A stretch of 64,000 bases of DNA from Actinomycetota bacterium (lineage in GTDB: Bacteria; Actinomycetota; CADDZG01; JAHWKV01), in the NCBI GenBank assembly GCA_030447305.1, contig JAUJPC010000001.1:531739-595738 (forward strand). The letters are read 5' to 3'. The position numbers and the translations under genes were made by a program. The notes beneath the pieces were generated by a model. That model searched no databases and was not told where the DNA came from. It saw only the letters and a list, made by a program, of their open reading frames with translations. Each line of letters opens with the position of its first letter. The stretch's first letter is position 1. Shown piece after piece: positions 54,129 to 62,701 of this stretch.

Positions 54129-54890
54129 CTAGCCGGTCTTGATGGAAGGGGCGGGGAACGGGGTGGGGTCCGCGACCGGCCGGGGTCCGCCGTATGGCCT
54201 GCCGGCGACCCCCTCCTCCACCGTCACCCGGCCCTGGTCGTCCGGCAGCCACAGCACCGTCCGGCGAGGTCTGGGGGAGCGCCGTCCACCGGTTTCAACC
54301 TGTAGCCTGCGGGCGGTCAGTCTTCCGTAGCCTGACCCCAACCCCTGCCAGTAGGCGTTGCTCACTTTGAGGCGAACGTCTGCCGCCTCGTTCCAGCTGC
54401 GGCCCTTAAAACCCGCTGTCATCGGAATCAGCACAGATTTGCGGTCCCGCGTACGCATTCCCAGGCGCCGGGCCATGCTGCCGGAAACGTCCGGCCAGTC
54501 GAGCAGGACGACATCGAAGGCATCGATGAGGGCCGCCGCCACCGTGGGCCACAGAGGCGGTGGCGGAGGGGAGATGAGGATCAGACGCTCGAGGACCACT
54601 CCAAGCTCGGCCGCCGAGGCCACTCCCAGCGAGGGGATCCCCACCGCAGCCACCCAGGATCCGGCTTTCGAGGCTTCGGCTGCCAGAGCCAGAGCCAGTG
54701 AGTGCAGCCCCGGGCCGCCCTCCACCACCAGGGTGGAACCTCGTTGAAGACTGCCGTTGGGCAGGATCGGCTCCAGGGCCGTCAGCACCGGAAGAGCTTG
54801 CTCGAAGGCTAAAGAAACCGGCCGCGCCAGCTCTGCAAGCTCGCCCAACCGCTCGGCAGATGACATTCTGGCTGCGTCCATAGGGACCAT
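54129..54890 (-). CDS. imuA: ImuA' (RecA/SulA-fold-like mutasome accessory protein)
   Basis: 253 aa. 'LPNGSLQRGSTLVVEGGPGLHSLALALAAEASKAGSWVAAVG' is a degenerate RecA-like P-loop region. An SOS box lies immediately upstream and imuB immediately downstream. Confidence 0.65.
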   Translation of the reverse strand: MVPMDAARMSSAERLGELAELARPVSLAFEQALPVLTALEPILPNGSLQRGSTLVVEGGPGLHSLALALAAEASKAGSWVAAVGIPSLGVASAAELGVVLERLILISPPPPPLWPTVAAALIDAFDVVLLDWPDVSGSMARRLGMRTRDRKSVLIPMTAGFKGRSWNEAADVRLKVSNAYWQGLGSGYGRLTARRLQVETGGRRSPRPRRTVLWLPDDQGRVTVEEGVAGRPYGGPRPVADPTPFPAPSIKTG

Positions 54891-54896
54891 GTATTA

Positions 54897-54912
54897 TCGA
54901 ACAAGTGTTCGG
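54897..54912. promoter_or_regulatory. LexA (SOS) box TCGAACAAGTGTTCGG
   Basis: It shares 17 identical nt (ATCGAACAAGTGTTCG) with the dnaE2 box. It lies 6 nt upstream of the imuA' ATG at 54890 and is divergent from the DUF3224 gene. Confidence 0.7.
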
Positions 54913-54940
54913 TCCGGTCAAAAGGGGGGAAGGGGGATCC

Positions 54941-55327
54941 ATGCCAGAAGCCAAAGGAACCTATTCGATCAACAGCTGGGAGGGTGAGACCTACGAGGAG
55001 TCAGAAGGGGCCGTACTCAGCCGGGCCAGCCTCACCAAGACCTTCGAAGGCGACTTTCACGGGACCAGCTCGGCCGAGCTGTTGCTTGCCGAAGCGCAGG
55101 GTTCCCAGGCCTACGTGGGAATGGAGCGCATCGACGGCAGCCTGAACGGCGTGGATGGGACGTTCGTCGTCCAGCATGCCGCCGTCAGCAGCAAGGACGG
55201 CGATCGCTTGACGGTCACGGTGGTTCCCGACTCCGGCACAGGTGGGTTGGCCGGCCTAACCGGGACCATGGACATCTCGGTCGACGCCGCCGGGGGCCAC
55301 AGCTACTCCTTCACCTACTCGCTTTAG
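54941..55327 (+). CDS. DUF3224 domain-containing protein
   Basis: G-rich SD before ATG 54941. 'TFEGDFHGTSSAELL...GSLNGVDGTFVVQH...GTGGLAGLTGT' fits the DUF3224 pattern. Confidence 0.7.
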   Translation: MPEAKGTYSINSWEGETYEESEGAVLSRASLTKTFEGDFHGTSSAELLLAEAQGSQAYVGMERIDGSLNGVDGTFVVQHAAVSSKDGDRLTVTVVPDSGTGGLAGLTGTMDISVDAAGGHSYSFTYSL

Positions 55328-55443
55328 CAGCGCACACCGCTTTCGGGTGCCTTGCCCGCCGGGTCGGCCCTTGTACCCGGGGAGGGCCTGAGCAAGAATT
55401 CGAGCAGTTCTTACAGAGCTGTTGGAGAACTGGGTCATCGGGC

Positions 55444-56910
55444 ATGAATCAACGTAGCGATGTGGTGACTACAGAGACCGAGGAGGAGGTTCCCCGGTCG
55501 CGCGTGGACCGCTTCTTCGGGATCTCGGCCGCCGGATCGTCGGTCAGAACCGAGGTAATTGCGGGGTTCACCACGTGGATGACCATGGCATACATCCTGT
55601 TCGTCAACCCGTCGGTGCTCGGCGCCGTGCCCGACCGCACCGGCCTCACACTGGCCTTTCCTCTGGTCTTGACCTCCACAGCGCTTGCCGCCGGCATCGG
55701 CAGCCTGGCCATGGGCCTGATCGCCCGGTATCCATTCGGGGTCGCGGCGGGCCTGGGGCTGAATGCGGTGGTGGCCTTCCAGCTGGTCGCCGGCAACGGC
55801 CTTTCCTGGCCGGAGGCGATGGGCGTCATCGTCACCGAGGGACTCATCATCTTCGTCCTTGTGCTCACCGGTTTTCGGGAGGCCGTGATGAATGCCATCC
55901 CGCTGGCGCTGAAGCAGGCGATCGGCCTGGGGATCGGCCTTTTCATCGCCTTCATCGGATTCATCAACGCCGGTTTCGTCGGCAAGCCGGAGACACCGAC
56001 GCTACTCGTGGAGCTTGGCCGCGGTGGGGAGCTGCGAGGCCTTCCGGTTGCCGTATTCATCATCGGCCTGTTGTTGACCGGCTACCTGGTGGCGCGCAGG
56101 ATGCGCGGGGCCCTGCTGATCGGCATCCTGGCGACCACCGTCATCGCCATTCTGATGAACGAGCTGATCGCCGGAGGAGACGGCTGGCCGGAAGCCACCC
56201 CCGCCGCGGCCCGGTTCCCCAGCCGGCTTGTCGCCCTGCCGGCGGGGGAGAACTTCAGCCTGATCGGCGATTTCTCGTTCGGCTACTTCGGCCGGCTGGG
56301 AGCCATCGCGGCGGTCCTGGCAGTCTTCACGATCATGCTGTCCGACTTCTTCGATACCATGGGGACCGTCGTCGGGCTGGGGGCCAGGGCCGGTTACCTG
56401 GACGAGGAGGGCCGTCTGCCCCGCGTTCGGCAGGTGCTCGGCGTCGACTCGGCCGCGGCAGCAATCGGCGGCGCCTTCAGTGCCTCCTCGAACACCACCT
56501 ACATCGAGAGTGCCTCCGGAATCTCCGAAGGGGGCCGGACCGGCCTGACCGCGTCGGTAGTGGGGGTCCTGTTTCTGGCATCGGTCTTCCTTTGGCCGCT
56601 GGCGGATGTCATCCCGCCGCAGGCCACGGCGCCGGCGCTTATCATCGTCGGATTTCTGATGATGGAGCTGGTCCGGGACATCCCGTGGGAAAGGTACGAC
56701 ATCGCAATTCCGGCGTTCCTCACCATGGTGGTCATGCCGTTCACCTTCTCCATCACCAACGGCATCGGTGCAGGCTTCGTCAGCTACACCATCATCAAGC
56801 TGATGCGGGGCGAGGCCAGGGAGGTCCACTGGATGATGTATCTGTCCAGCGCCGCCTTCCTCATCTATTTCGCCATCTACTACGTGAGGTCGGTCCTGGG
56901 GGTGGGGTAG
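55444..56910 (+). CDS. NCS2-family purine (adenine/guanine/hypoxanthine-type) permease
   Basis: 488 aa. 'VRTEVIAGFTTWMTMAYILFVNP', 'MLSDFFDTMGT' and 'NTTYIESASGI' are AzgA/PbuG-type motifs. Confidence 0.9.
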   Translation: MNQRSDVVTTETEEEVPRSRVDRFFGISAAGSSVRTEVIAGFTTWMTMAYILFVNPSVLGAVPDRTGLTLAFPLVLTSTALAAGIGSLAMGLIARYPFGVAAGLGLNAVVAFQLVAGNGLSWPEAMGVIVTEGLIIFVLVLTGFREAVMNAIPLALKQAIGLGIGLFIAFIGFINAGFVGKPETPTLLVELGRGGELRGLPVAVFIIGLLLTGYLVARRMRGALLIGILATTVIAILMNELIAGGDGWPEATPAAARFPSRLVALPAGENFSLIGDFSFGYFGRLGAIAAVLAVFTIMLSDFFDTMGTVVGLGARAGYLDEEGRLPRVRQVLGVDSAAAAIGGAFSASSNTTYIESASGISEGGRTGLTASVVGVLFLASVFLWPLADVIPPQATAPALIIVGFLMMELVRDIPWERYDIAIPAFLTMVVMPFTFSITNGIGAGFVSYTIIKLMRGEAREVHWMMYLSSAAFLIYFAIYYVRSVLGVG

Positions 56911-56958
56911 TGCTGCCCCGAGCGGTGGAGGATAGCCAGCTCGGCTCGATGCGGCCTT

Positions 56959-57381
56959 TTACCTGGGCCAGAAGTCGGCGTTGGCGATCTCCAAAAGGTT
57001 CCCGGAAGGGTCGCGGAAGTAAAACGACGACCCCAGCGGACTCTGTTCGGACTTTCCCATTGGCCAGTCGACCTCCTGAAGGACCTCCACGCCCGCCGAG
57101 ACCAGATGCTTTCGCCAATTTTCGTAGGCGGTAACCGGGACCAGAAAACACACGTGGCCGGGGCCCGTGGCTCCGTGAGGCGGCAGTGAGCCGGGCCGCT
57201 GGGTCGCCTCGGCGTTGAACAGTAGGAATACGCTGCTCCCGGCCCTCAAAAAGATCTGCCGTCCTTGCGTCTGGCCGATTATGCGCATCCCCATGACGTC
57301 GGAGTAGAACTGCCGGGTCGCCTCCTCGTCGGTGTAGTAGAGGACGGTTTCCAGGACGCCCGTAAGCTCGGGAGCGGTCAA
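56959..57381 (-). CDS. VOC/glyoxalase family protein
   Basis: 'VLETVLYYTDEEATRQFYSDVMGM' and 'DPSGNLLEI'. The TTG start at 57381 overlaps the rhodanese stop (TTGA); the longer track ORF overlaps the upstream gene. Confidence 0.7.
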   Translation of the reverse strand: MTAPELTGVLETVLYYTDEEATRQFYSDVMGMRIIGQTQGRQIFLRAGSSVFLLFNAEATQRPGSLPPHGATGPGHVCFLVPVTAYENWRKHLVSAGVEVLQEVDWPMGKSEQSPLGSSFYFRDPSGNLLEIANADFWPR

Positions 57382-58232
57382 GCGGAAGCACCCGTCTCGA
57401 CCGGCCGGCTGGGGTCGGCGATCCACTCGCTCCACGATCCCGCGTACAGCCTGGACCAGCCCAGACCTGCGGAGGCGTACGCCAGGACGTTTTGTGCCGC
57501 GGTGACGCCCGAGCCGCAGTAAAAGACCACCTGGGTGGCTTCGTACCTTACAAGGTCCTCGAAGCGCGCCAGGAGTTCTTCAGGGGGGAGGCTCCTGCCG
57601 CCGGCCGCCACCGTTTCGGCAAAAGGAAGCGACACTGCGCCCGGAATGTGGCCGCCGACCGGATCGATGCTCTCGTTCTCTCCCCGAAACCGGTCGGCGC
57701 CGCGGGAGTCGACCAGCACCAGGCCACCCTGCCGGACCGAAGCTTCGACCTCCTCGGTTGTCACCAGGAGCTCATGGCGAAAGGAGGCCTCAAAGGTGCC
57801 CCCGCCGCCTTTCTCGGTTCCCGATGACACCGGCAACCCGTTTTGCGCCCATGCTGGAAGACCTCCATCCAACACCGCAACCGCATCGTGGCCGGCCCAC
57901 TTCAACAGCCACCACAGACGTGCCGCCGCCATCTGGCCGCTGCCGTTGTCGTAGGTCACCACCTGAGACCCATTGCAGATGCCGAGGCGCCGGAGCGTTG
58001 AGACGAGATCGCCCTCACCCGGTAACGGGTGCCGGCCGGTCTCTCCTGCGACGACCTCTCCGGACAGGTCGGCCTCCAGGTCTGCGTATCGGGCTCCCGG
58101 AATATGTCCTTCCCGGTACGCCTTCTCGCCGGCTCCGGGCTGGCCCAGGATGTAGCGGCAGTCGACGACGACACAGCTGCCGTCATCCAGGCGTTCCGAC
58201 AGCTCTCTCGCCGATATGAAGGTGGAGAACAC
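57378..58232 (-). CDS. thiosulfate/3-mercaptopyruvate sulfurtransferase (tandem rhodanese domains)
   Basis: Two rhodanese domains with the active-site loop 'FYCGSGVTAA'. Confidence 0.85.
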   Translation of the reverse strand: MFSTFISARELSERLDDGSCVVVDCRYILGQPGAGEKAYREGHIPGARYADLEADLSGEVVAGETGRHPLPGEGDLVSTLRRLGICNGSQVVTYDNGSGQMAAARLWWLLKWAGHDAVAVLDGGLPAWAQNGLPVSSGTEKGGGGTFEASFRHELLVTTEEVEASVRQGGLVLVDSRGADRFRGENESIDPVGGHIPGAVSLPFAETVAAGGRSLPPEELLARFEDLVRYEATQVVFYCGSGVTAAQNVLAYASAGLGWSRLYAGSWSEWIADPSRPVETGASA

Positions 58233-58245
58233 GGCCGTGGCGGCC

Positions 58246-59055
58246 TTACCGGTCTTCGGGATAATCCGGCTCCAGAATCCCGAACATTGCCCCTTGGGGA
58301 TCGACGAGAACGGCCAGGGTGCCCACCGGAATCCGCAGCGGGGGCAAGACGACGGATCCTCCCTCTGCCTGAGTCTTTTCAGCCGCCGCGCCGGCGTCTG
58401 CTACGGCGAGGTACACCAGCCAGTGCGAGGGCACCTCCGGAGGAAAGTCGGTCTCTCCCATCTGGCTGACACCGGCAATGCCCTCGGCCCACTTTTGGCC
58501 CTCGACCTGCCACATCAGGTAAGGGCTGTCGGGCGGCGCCCCGTCCGCCACTTTGGCCTCCCACCCGAAGATCTCGCCGTAGAACCGCTTGGCCTCCTCC
58601 AGGTTGCGGGTATTCAGGTGGTTCCAGGTCCAGGTGCCCACCTCGTTGACCAGCTGGGCTCCGATGCTGTTCGGCCCCTGCTGGACGATCGAGAAGAAGG
58701 CGCCCCCCGGATCGGTCGCCACGGCCATCCGGCCGGCCTCTTGCGGCAGGTCCATCGGGGGAGCAACCACCGTGCCGCCGGCCTCGCCGATCCTGGCGGC
58801 CGTAACGTCGGCGTCGGACACGGTGACGTAGCTGTTCCAGGACGAGGGCTGGCCATCGAACGTCGGGCCGTAGCCCCCGACCATCTTGCCCTTGTACATG
58901 AAGAACCCGTAGCCTCCGGTCTCCTCGACCGGTCCCGCAGACTGGGGCTCCCACCCCATGAGCTCGGAGTAGAATCGGACTCCCGCCTCCAGGTCGGTGG
59001 TCCCAAGATCGACCCAGGAGAACTCTCCCGGGTTGTAGCTGACTCGTTCGCTCAT
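58246..59055 (-). CDS. two-domain VOC family protein
   Basis: Duplicated 'F.W.DL.T.D...A..FY..L.GW' glyoxalase-like modules ('FSWVDLGTTDLEAGVRFYSELMGWE' and 'WTWNHLNTRNLEEAKRFYGEIFGWE'). Confidence 0.8.
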   Translation of the reverse strand: MSERVSYNPGEFSWVDLGTTDLEAGVRFYSELMGWEPQSAGPVEETGGYGFFMYKGKMVGGYGPTFDGQPSSWNSYVTVSDADVTAARIGEAGGTVVAPPMDLPQEAGRMAVATDPGGAFFSIVQQGPNSIGAQLVNEVGTWTWNHLNTRNLEEAKRFYGEIFGWEAKVADGAPPDSPYLMWQVEGQKWAEGIAGVSQMGETDFPPEVPSHWLVYLAVADAGAAAEKTQAEGGSVVLPPLRIPVGTLAVLVDPQGAMFGILEPDYPEDR

Positions 59056-59086
59056 GGCTTGACCTCCTTAGCGACGGGAACGCGTG

Positions 59087-60556
59087 CTAACGGATTCGCA
59101 CGGCAAGCAGGCAGATATCGTCCTCCCGGCTTGCGGTGGCGAGGCGCCATTCCACCACCTCGTCGCAAAGAGCCTGCGGTGACAGGTCGGAAAGGCTCTC
59201 AACGAAATCCCGCAGCTGCCTCATCCCTTCGTCCAGTGTCCGACCCCGCATCTCGACAAGTCCGTCGGTGTAGAAGAGGAGGGTCGTGCCGGAACGCAGC
59301 AGCTTTGTCTCGTGCCCGTACACCCAGTCCGGATCAGCTCCCAGCAGCGCATGGCCGGCCGGAGGAAACAGAAAGTCAGTCTCGCCGGCCCGGCAGCGCA
59401 GAACCGTGGGATGCCCGGCGTTGGAGCGGACGATTGTCCCGGCCGACTCGTCCCAAGTGGCGACGATCGCTGTGGCGATCTCCTCCGGCTCAAGCCGGCA
59501 CAACATTCGATTGAGGCGGCTGAGTACCCGTGACGGCGTGGGATCCTCGTCGGCAAACGCCCGGACGGCGTTGCGAAGCTGGACCATCAGGGCCGCCGAC
59601 GGCAGACCGTGTCCGCCGACGTCGCCGATAACCAGGCACAAGCCGCCGTCGACCGGGAAGGCGTCGTACCAGTCGCCTCCCATGGGAGCGTCGCGGGCCG
59701 GAAGATAGGCTGCGGCCAGCTCGAGACGTTCGGTCTGGGGGAGGGTTCCGGGCAGAAACGCCTTCTGCAGCACGTCGGCATCCGCTGTCTCCTGCGCCGT
59801 TCGCCGTCCCCTCTCTCGCTCGGCCAGGGCGCGATCAAGCGCCTGGGAGCCCATCTGGGAAATCCGCTCCAGCCGAAGTACCTGCTTTGTGCCGAACCTC
59901 TGGGGCATGCGCCATCCCAGCCCAATGGCTCCGATGATCTCGCCGGACGCCCCCCGAAGAGGCAGTGATGCGGTGGCACTCAGCGAAGCGGCCAGAGTCT
60001 CGGGAAGCAGTTCCGGATACTCGCGGGCGATCTCTCCTTCCGAAGCCAGCAAGACCGGCCGGCCGGCCCTCATCGCGTCGCATAAAGGAGCCCGTTCGTC
60101 GATATGGAACTCAGCCCACCGGGCGGCGATGCCGGGGTCCAGCACCGAGCCGTGGACCACACGAACGCGGTCGGTTAGGGGATCGAGAATCGCCAGGTTG
60201 GAGAACGTGGCGCCCGCCGCCGCAGCGCCACGCTCGGCAATCGCCAGCCCTACCTCGAACGGCGTGACCGCCCCGGACAGGGCGATGGCCAGACGCCAGA
60301 CGGCGTCCTCGTTGACCGGACCCTCGTCTGCTACGTCCATTGGATCGAGCCCGGCGTTGCCGACCTCGATTGCCGGATCGGTCGGAGGGTCGGCGAATTC
60401 AGTTGACATTTCTCTACACAGCTCCCCGACCCGATCGAAAAGAACTGAAGTCAAAGCGTCTGCGGGAAGAAGGCTAACCCATAACCGTTCGCCCGCGACG
60501 GGCCGCTCTTCTTCAGACGGCAAACTATCGTAAATTCCCCAGGCGATAAATTCCAT
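59087..60556 (-). CDS. GAF-domain PP2C-family (SpoIIE-type) serine/threonine phosphatase
   Basis: 'MGGDWYDAFPVDGG..CLVIGDVGGHGLPSAALM' and 'LLFYTDGLVE' are PP2C/SpoIIE motifs. A central GAF-like region is present. Confidence 0.85.
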   Translation of the reverse strand: MEFIAWGIYDSLPSEEERPVAGERLWVSLLPADALTSVLFDRVGELCREMSTEFADPPTDPAIEVGNAGLDPMDVADEGPVNEDAVWRLAIALSGAVTPFEVGLAIAERGAAAAGATFSNLAILDPLTDRVRVVHGSVLDPGIAARWAEFHIDERAPLCDAMRAGRPVLLASEGEIAREYPELLPETLAASLSATASLPLRGASGEIIGAIGLGWRMPQRFGTKQVLRLERISQMGSQALDRALAERERGRRTAQETADADVLQKAFLPGTLPQTERLELAAAYLPARDAPMGGDWYDAFPVDGGLCLVIGDVGGHGLPSAALMVQLRNAVRAFADEDPTPSRVLSRLNRMLCRLEPEEIATAIVATWDESAGTIVRSNAGHPTVLRCRAGETDFLFPPAGHALLGADPDWVYGHETKLLRSGTTLLFYTDGLVEMRGRTLDEGMRQLRDFVESLSDLSPQALCDEVVEWRLATASREDDICLLAVRIR

Positions 60557-60631
60557 GAGGCACCCGGCGTTGCGCTATAAGCGGCCTCACATCGACGGCG
60601 AACCCGCCCGTTTGATGGGAAGATCGAATAT

Positions 60632-61687
60632 ATGACGCCCGCCGTAGACCTTGCTGCAGCGTCCTCCGGTCAGAACTTCGCCAGCTTCGACGTTCCGGCT
60701 GCGGTCTGGATCGCCTTTGCAGTGGGAATCACCACCCTGCTCCTTCTCGACCTGTTGCTCGTCCACCGCAAGCCCCACGTGATCAGCTTCCGTGAGGCCG
60801 CAATCGAGAGCACCATCTGGATCGCCATCGGCCTGGGCTTCACCCTGCTCATGCTGTGGTGGCATGGGGGCCAAGCGGCGGGCGAGTACATCGCCGGTTA
60901 TCTGATTGAAAAGAGCCTCTCCGTGGACAACGTCTTCGTGTGGGCCGTGCTCCTCTCCTTCTTTGCCGTTCCGGCGAAGTATCAGTTCCGAGTCCTGTTC
61001 TACGGAGTTTTCGGCGCTCTGGTCCTACGAGCGGCATTCATCTTTGCCGGCGTGGCGTTGATCGAACGCTTCGACTGGGTGCTGTACGTCTTCGGCGCCT
61101 TCCTGATCTTCACGGGCTTGAGAATCGCCCGCCACAACGGCGCGGAGGTGCATCCCGAAAGCAATCCGGTCCTCAAGCTGGTGCGCAAGGTGATTCCGAC
61201 GACCACGCACTACGACGGCCAGAAGCTGTTCACCGTCGAGAACGGACGCCGGATGGCAACGCCCCTTTTTACGGTGCTGATCATGGTGGAGGCTACCGAC
61301 GTGCTGTTCGCCGTCGACTCGGTGCCCGCGATTCTGGCGGTGAGCCGGGAGCCGTTCATCGTCCTGTCCTCCAACGCGTTTGCGATCCTTGGCCTGCGAT
61401 CCCTGTACTTCCTGCTGGCAGGAATGGCGGATCGCTTCCGCTACCTGAACATCGGGCTTGGTGTGATATTGGGCTTCGTCGGCGTCAAGATGCTCGTCTC
61501 TGGCTTCTATCACGTGCCGGTGGCCATCTCGCTCGGCGTAATCGCCGGCGTGCTGACCATAACCATCGTCGCGTCCCTGCGAGCCGACAGGCGTGACGTG
61601 GGGCCGGGCGATGCCCCGCCCCCGCACCCCGATCTTCCCGACGAGGAGTCGAAACTCGCCGACCCGGACGAAACGCGGGCTCGGTAG
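60632..61687 (+). CDS. TerC-family integral membrane protein
   Basis: 'EKSLSVDNVFVW' and 'DSVPAILAVS' are the paired TerC signature motifs. It has multiple TM helices. Confidence 0.9.
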   Translation: MTPAVDLAAASSGQNFASFDVPAAVWIAFAVGITTLLLLDLLLVHRKPHVISFREAAIESTIWIAIGLGFTLLMLWWHGGQAAGEYIAGYLIEKSLSVDNVFVWAVLLSFFAVPAKYQFRVLFYGVFGALVLRAAFIFAGVALIERFDWVLYVFGAFLIFTGLRIARHNGAEVHPESNPVLKLVRKVIPTTTHYDGQKLFTVENGRRMATPLFTVLIMVEATDVLFAVDSVPAILAVSREPFIVLSSNAFAILGLRSLYFLLAGMADRFRYLNIGLGVILGFVGVKMLVSGFYHVPVAISLGVIAGVLTITIVASLRADRRDVGPGDAPPPHPDLPDEESKLADPDETRAR

Positions 61688-61777
61688 GAGTGCTTTGACC
61701 CTGGTGGAGCAACACGTTCGCGAGGCCACGTTGCACGACCTCACGGGCGCCGGTCCGCGCTACTTCTAACCGACGTA

Positions 61778-62683
61778 TTGCGCAATCTTGTCGTTCTCGG
61801 CACGGCGGGGCAGGTGCCCACCCGGCAGAGAAACGTAAACGGTTATCTGCTGCGCTGGGACGGCGAGGCCCTTCTTTTCGATCCCGGAGAGGGGACCCAG
61901 CGGCAAATGCTCCTCGCCGGGGTGAAGTCGACCTCGATCACGCGGATCCTGCTGACCCACTTTCACGGGGACCACTGCCTGGGGCTTCCCGGAGTCGTTC
62001 AGCGACTGGCGCTTGACGGTGTGACCCGTCCGGTACGCCTCTATTACTCCGCCGGGGGCCAGGAGTACCTGGATCGCCTGCTGCGCTCGTCGGTTTCCCA
62101 CGGTGGTGCGCCGGTGGAGCTCCGCCCGGTGCAGGGGCCCGGTCCGGTTGAGGATGGTCTGCCGTTCTCCATCACTGCTGTAAGGCTGGAGCATGGCGTG
62201 GAGGTTTTCGGCTGGCGGCTGGAGGAGCCCGACGGCCGGCGCATGATGCCCGACAGGCTTGACAGGCTGGGCCTTAGCGGTCCGGACATCAGCCGGCTTC
62301 AGCGCAACGGGTTTGTCGACAACGGGGGCCGCAGGACGACCCTGGAAGAGGTCAGTGAGGCACGGCCCGGCCAGCGGTTCGCATTCGTGATGGACACTCG
62401 CGTCTGTGATGCTGCGGTGGAGCTCGCCGGGGACGCCGACATGGTCGTCTGCGAGTCGACATACCTCGGAAGCGAGGCGGAGCTGGCGCAGAGGTACGGG
62501 CACCTGACCGCTGGGCAGGCGGCCCTGATAGCAAAGGAGGCGGGTGCCCGCATGCTGGTGCTGACCCACTTCTCCCAACGCTACGCCGATCTTGCCCCAC
62601 TTCTCGCGGAGGCTCAGGAGATCTTCCCAAACACCGTGGCGGCCAAGGACCTGGCCACCATCCCGATGCCGTCGCGAGCCTGA
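61778..62683 (+). CDS. rnz: ribonuclease Z (MBL-fold tRNA 3' endonuclease)
   Basis: 'LGTAGQVPTRQRN' and 'LLTHFHGDHCLGLPG' (HxHxDH), with a C-terminal 'LTHFSQRY'. Confidence 0.85.
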   Translation: MRNLVVLGTAGQVPTRQRNVNGYLLRWDGEALLFDPGEGTQRQMLLAGVKSTSITRILLTHFHGDHCLGLPGVVQRLALDGVTRPVRLYYSAGGQEYLDRLLRSSVSHGGAPVELRPVQGPGPVEDGLPFSITAVRLEHGVEVFGWRLEEPDGRRMMPDRLDRLGLSGPDISRLQRNGFVDNGGRRTTLEEVSEARPGQRFAFVMDTRVCDAAVELAGDADMVVCESTYLGSEAELAQRYGHLTAGQAALIAKEAGARMLVLTHFSQRYADLAPLLAEAQEIFPNTVAAKDLATIPMPSRA

Positions 62684-62701
62684 AGGGACCGCCTCGCAGG
62701 G

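Noticed and set aside
60557-60631. A yybP-ykoY (Mn2+) riboswitch upstream of the TerC gene.
   Set aside because: Only 75 nt are available, and I could not see the conserved four-way-junction motifs. The region is too short for the element.
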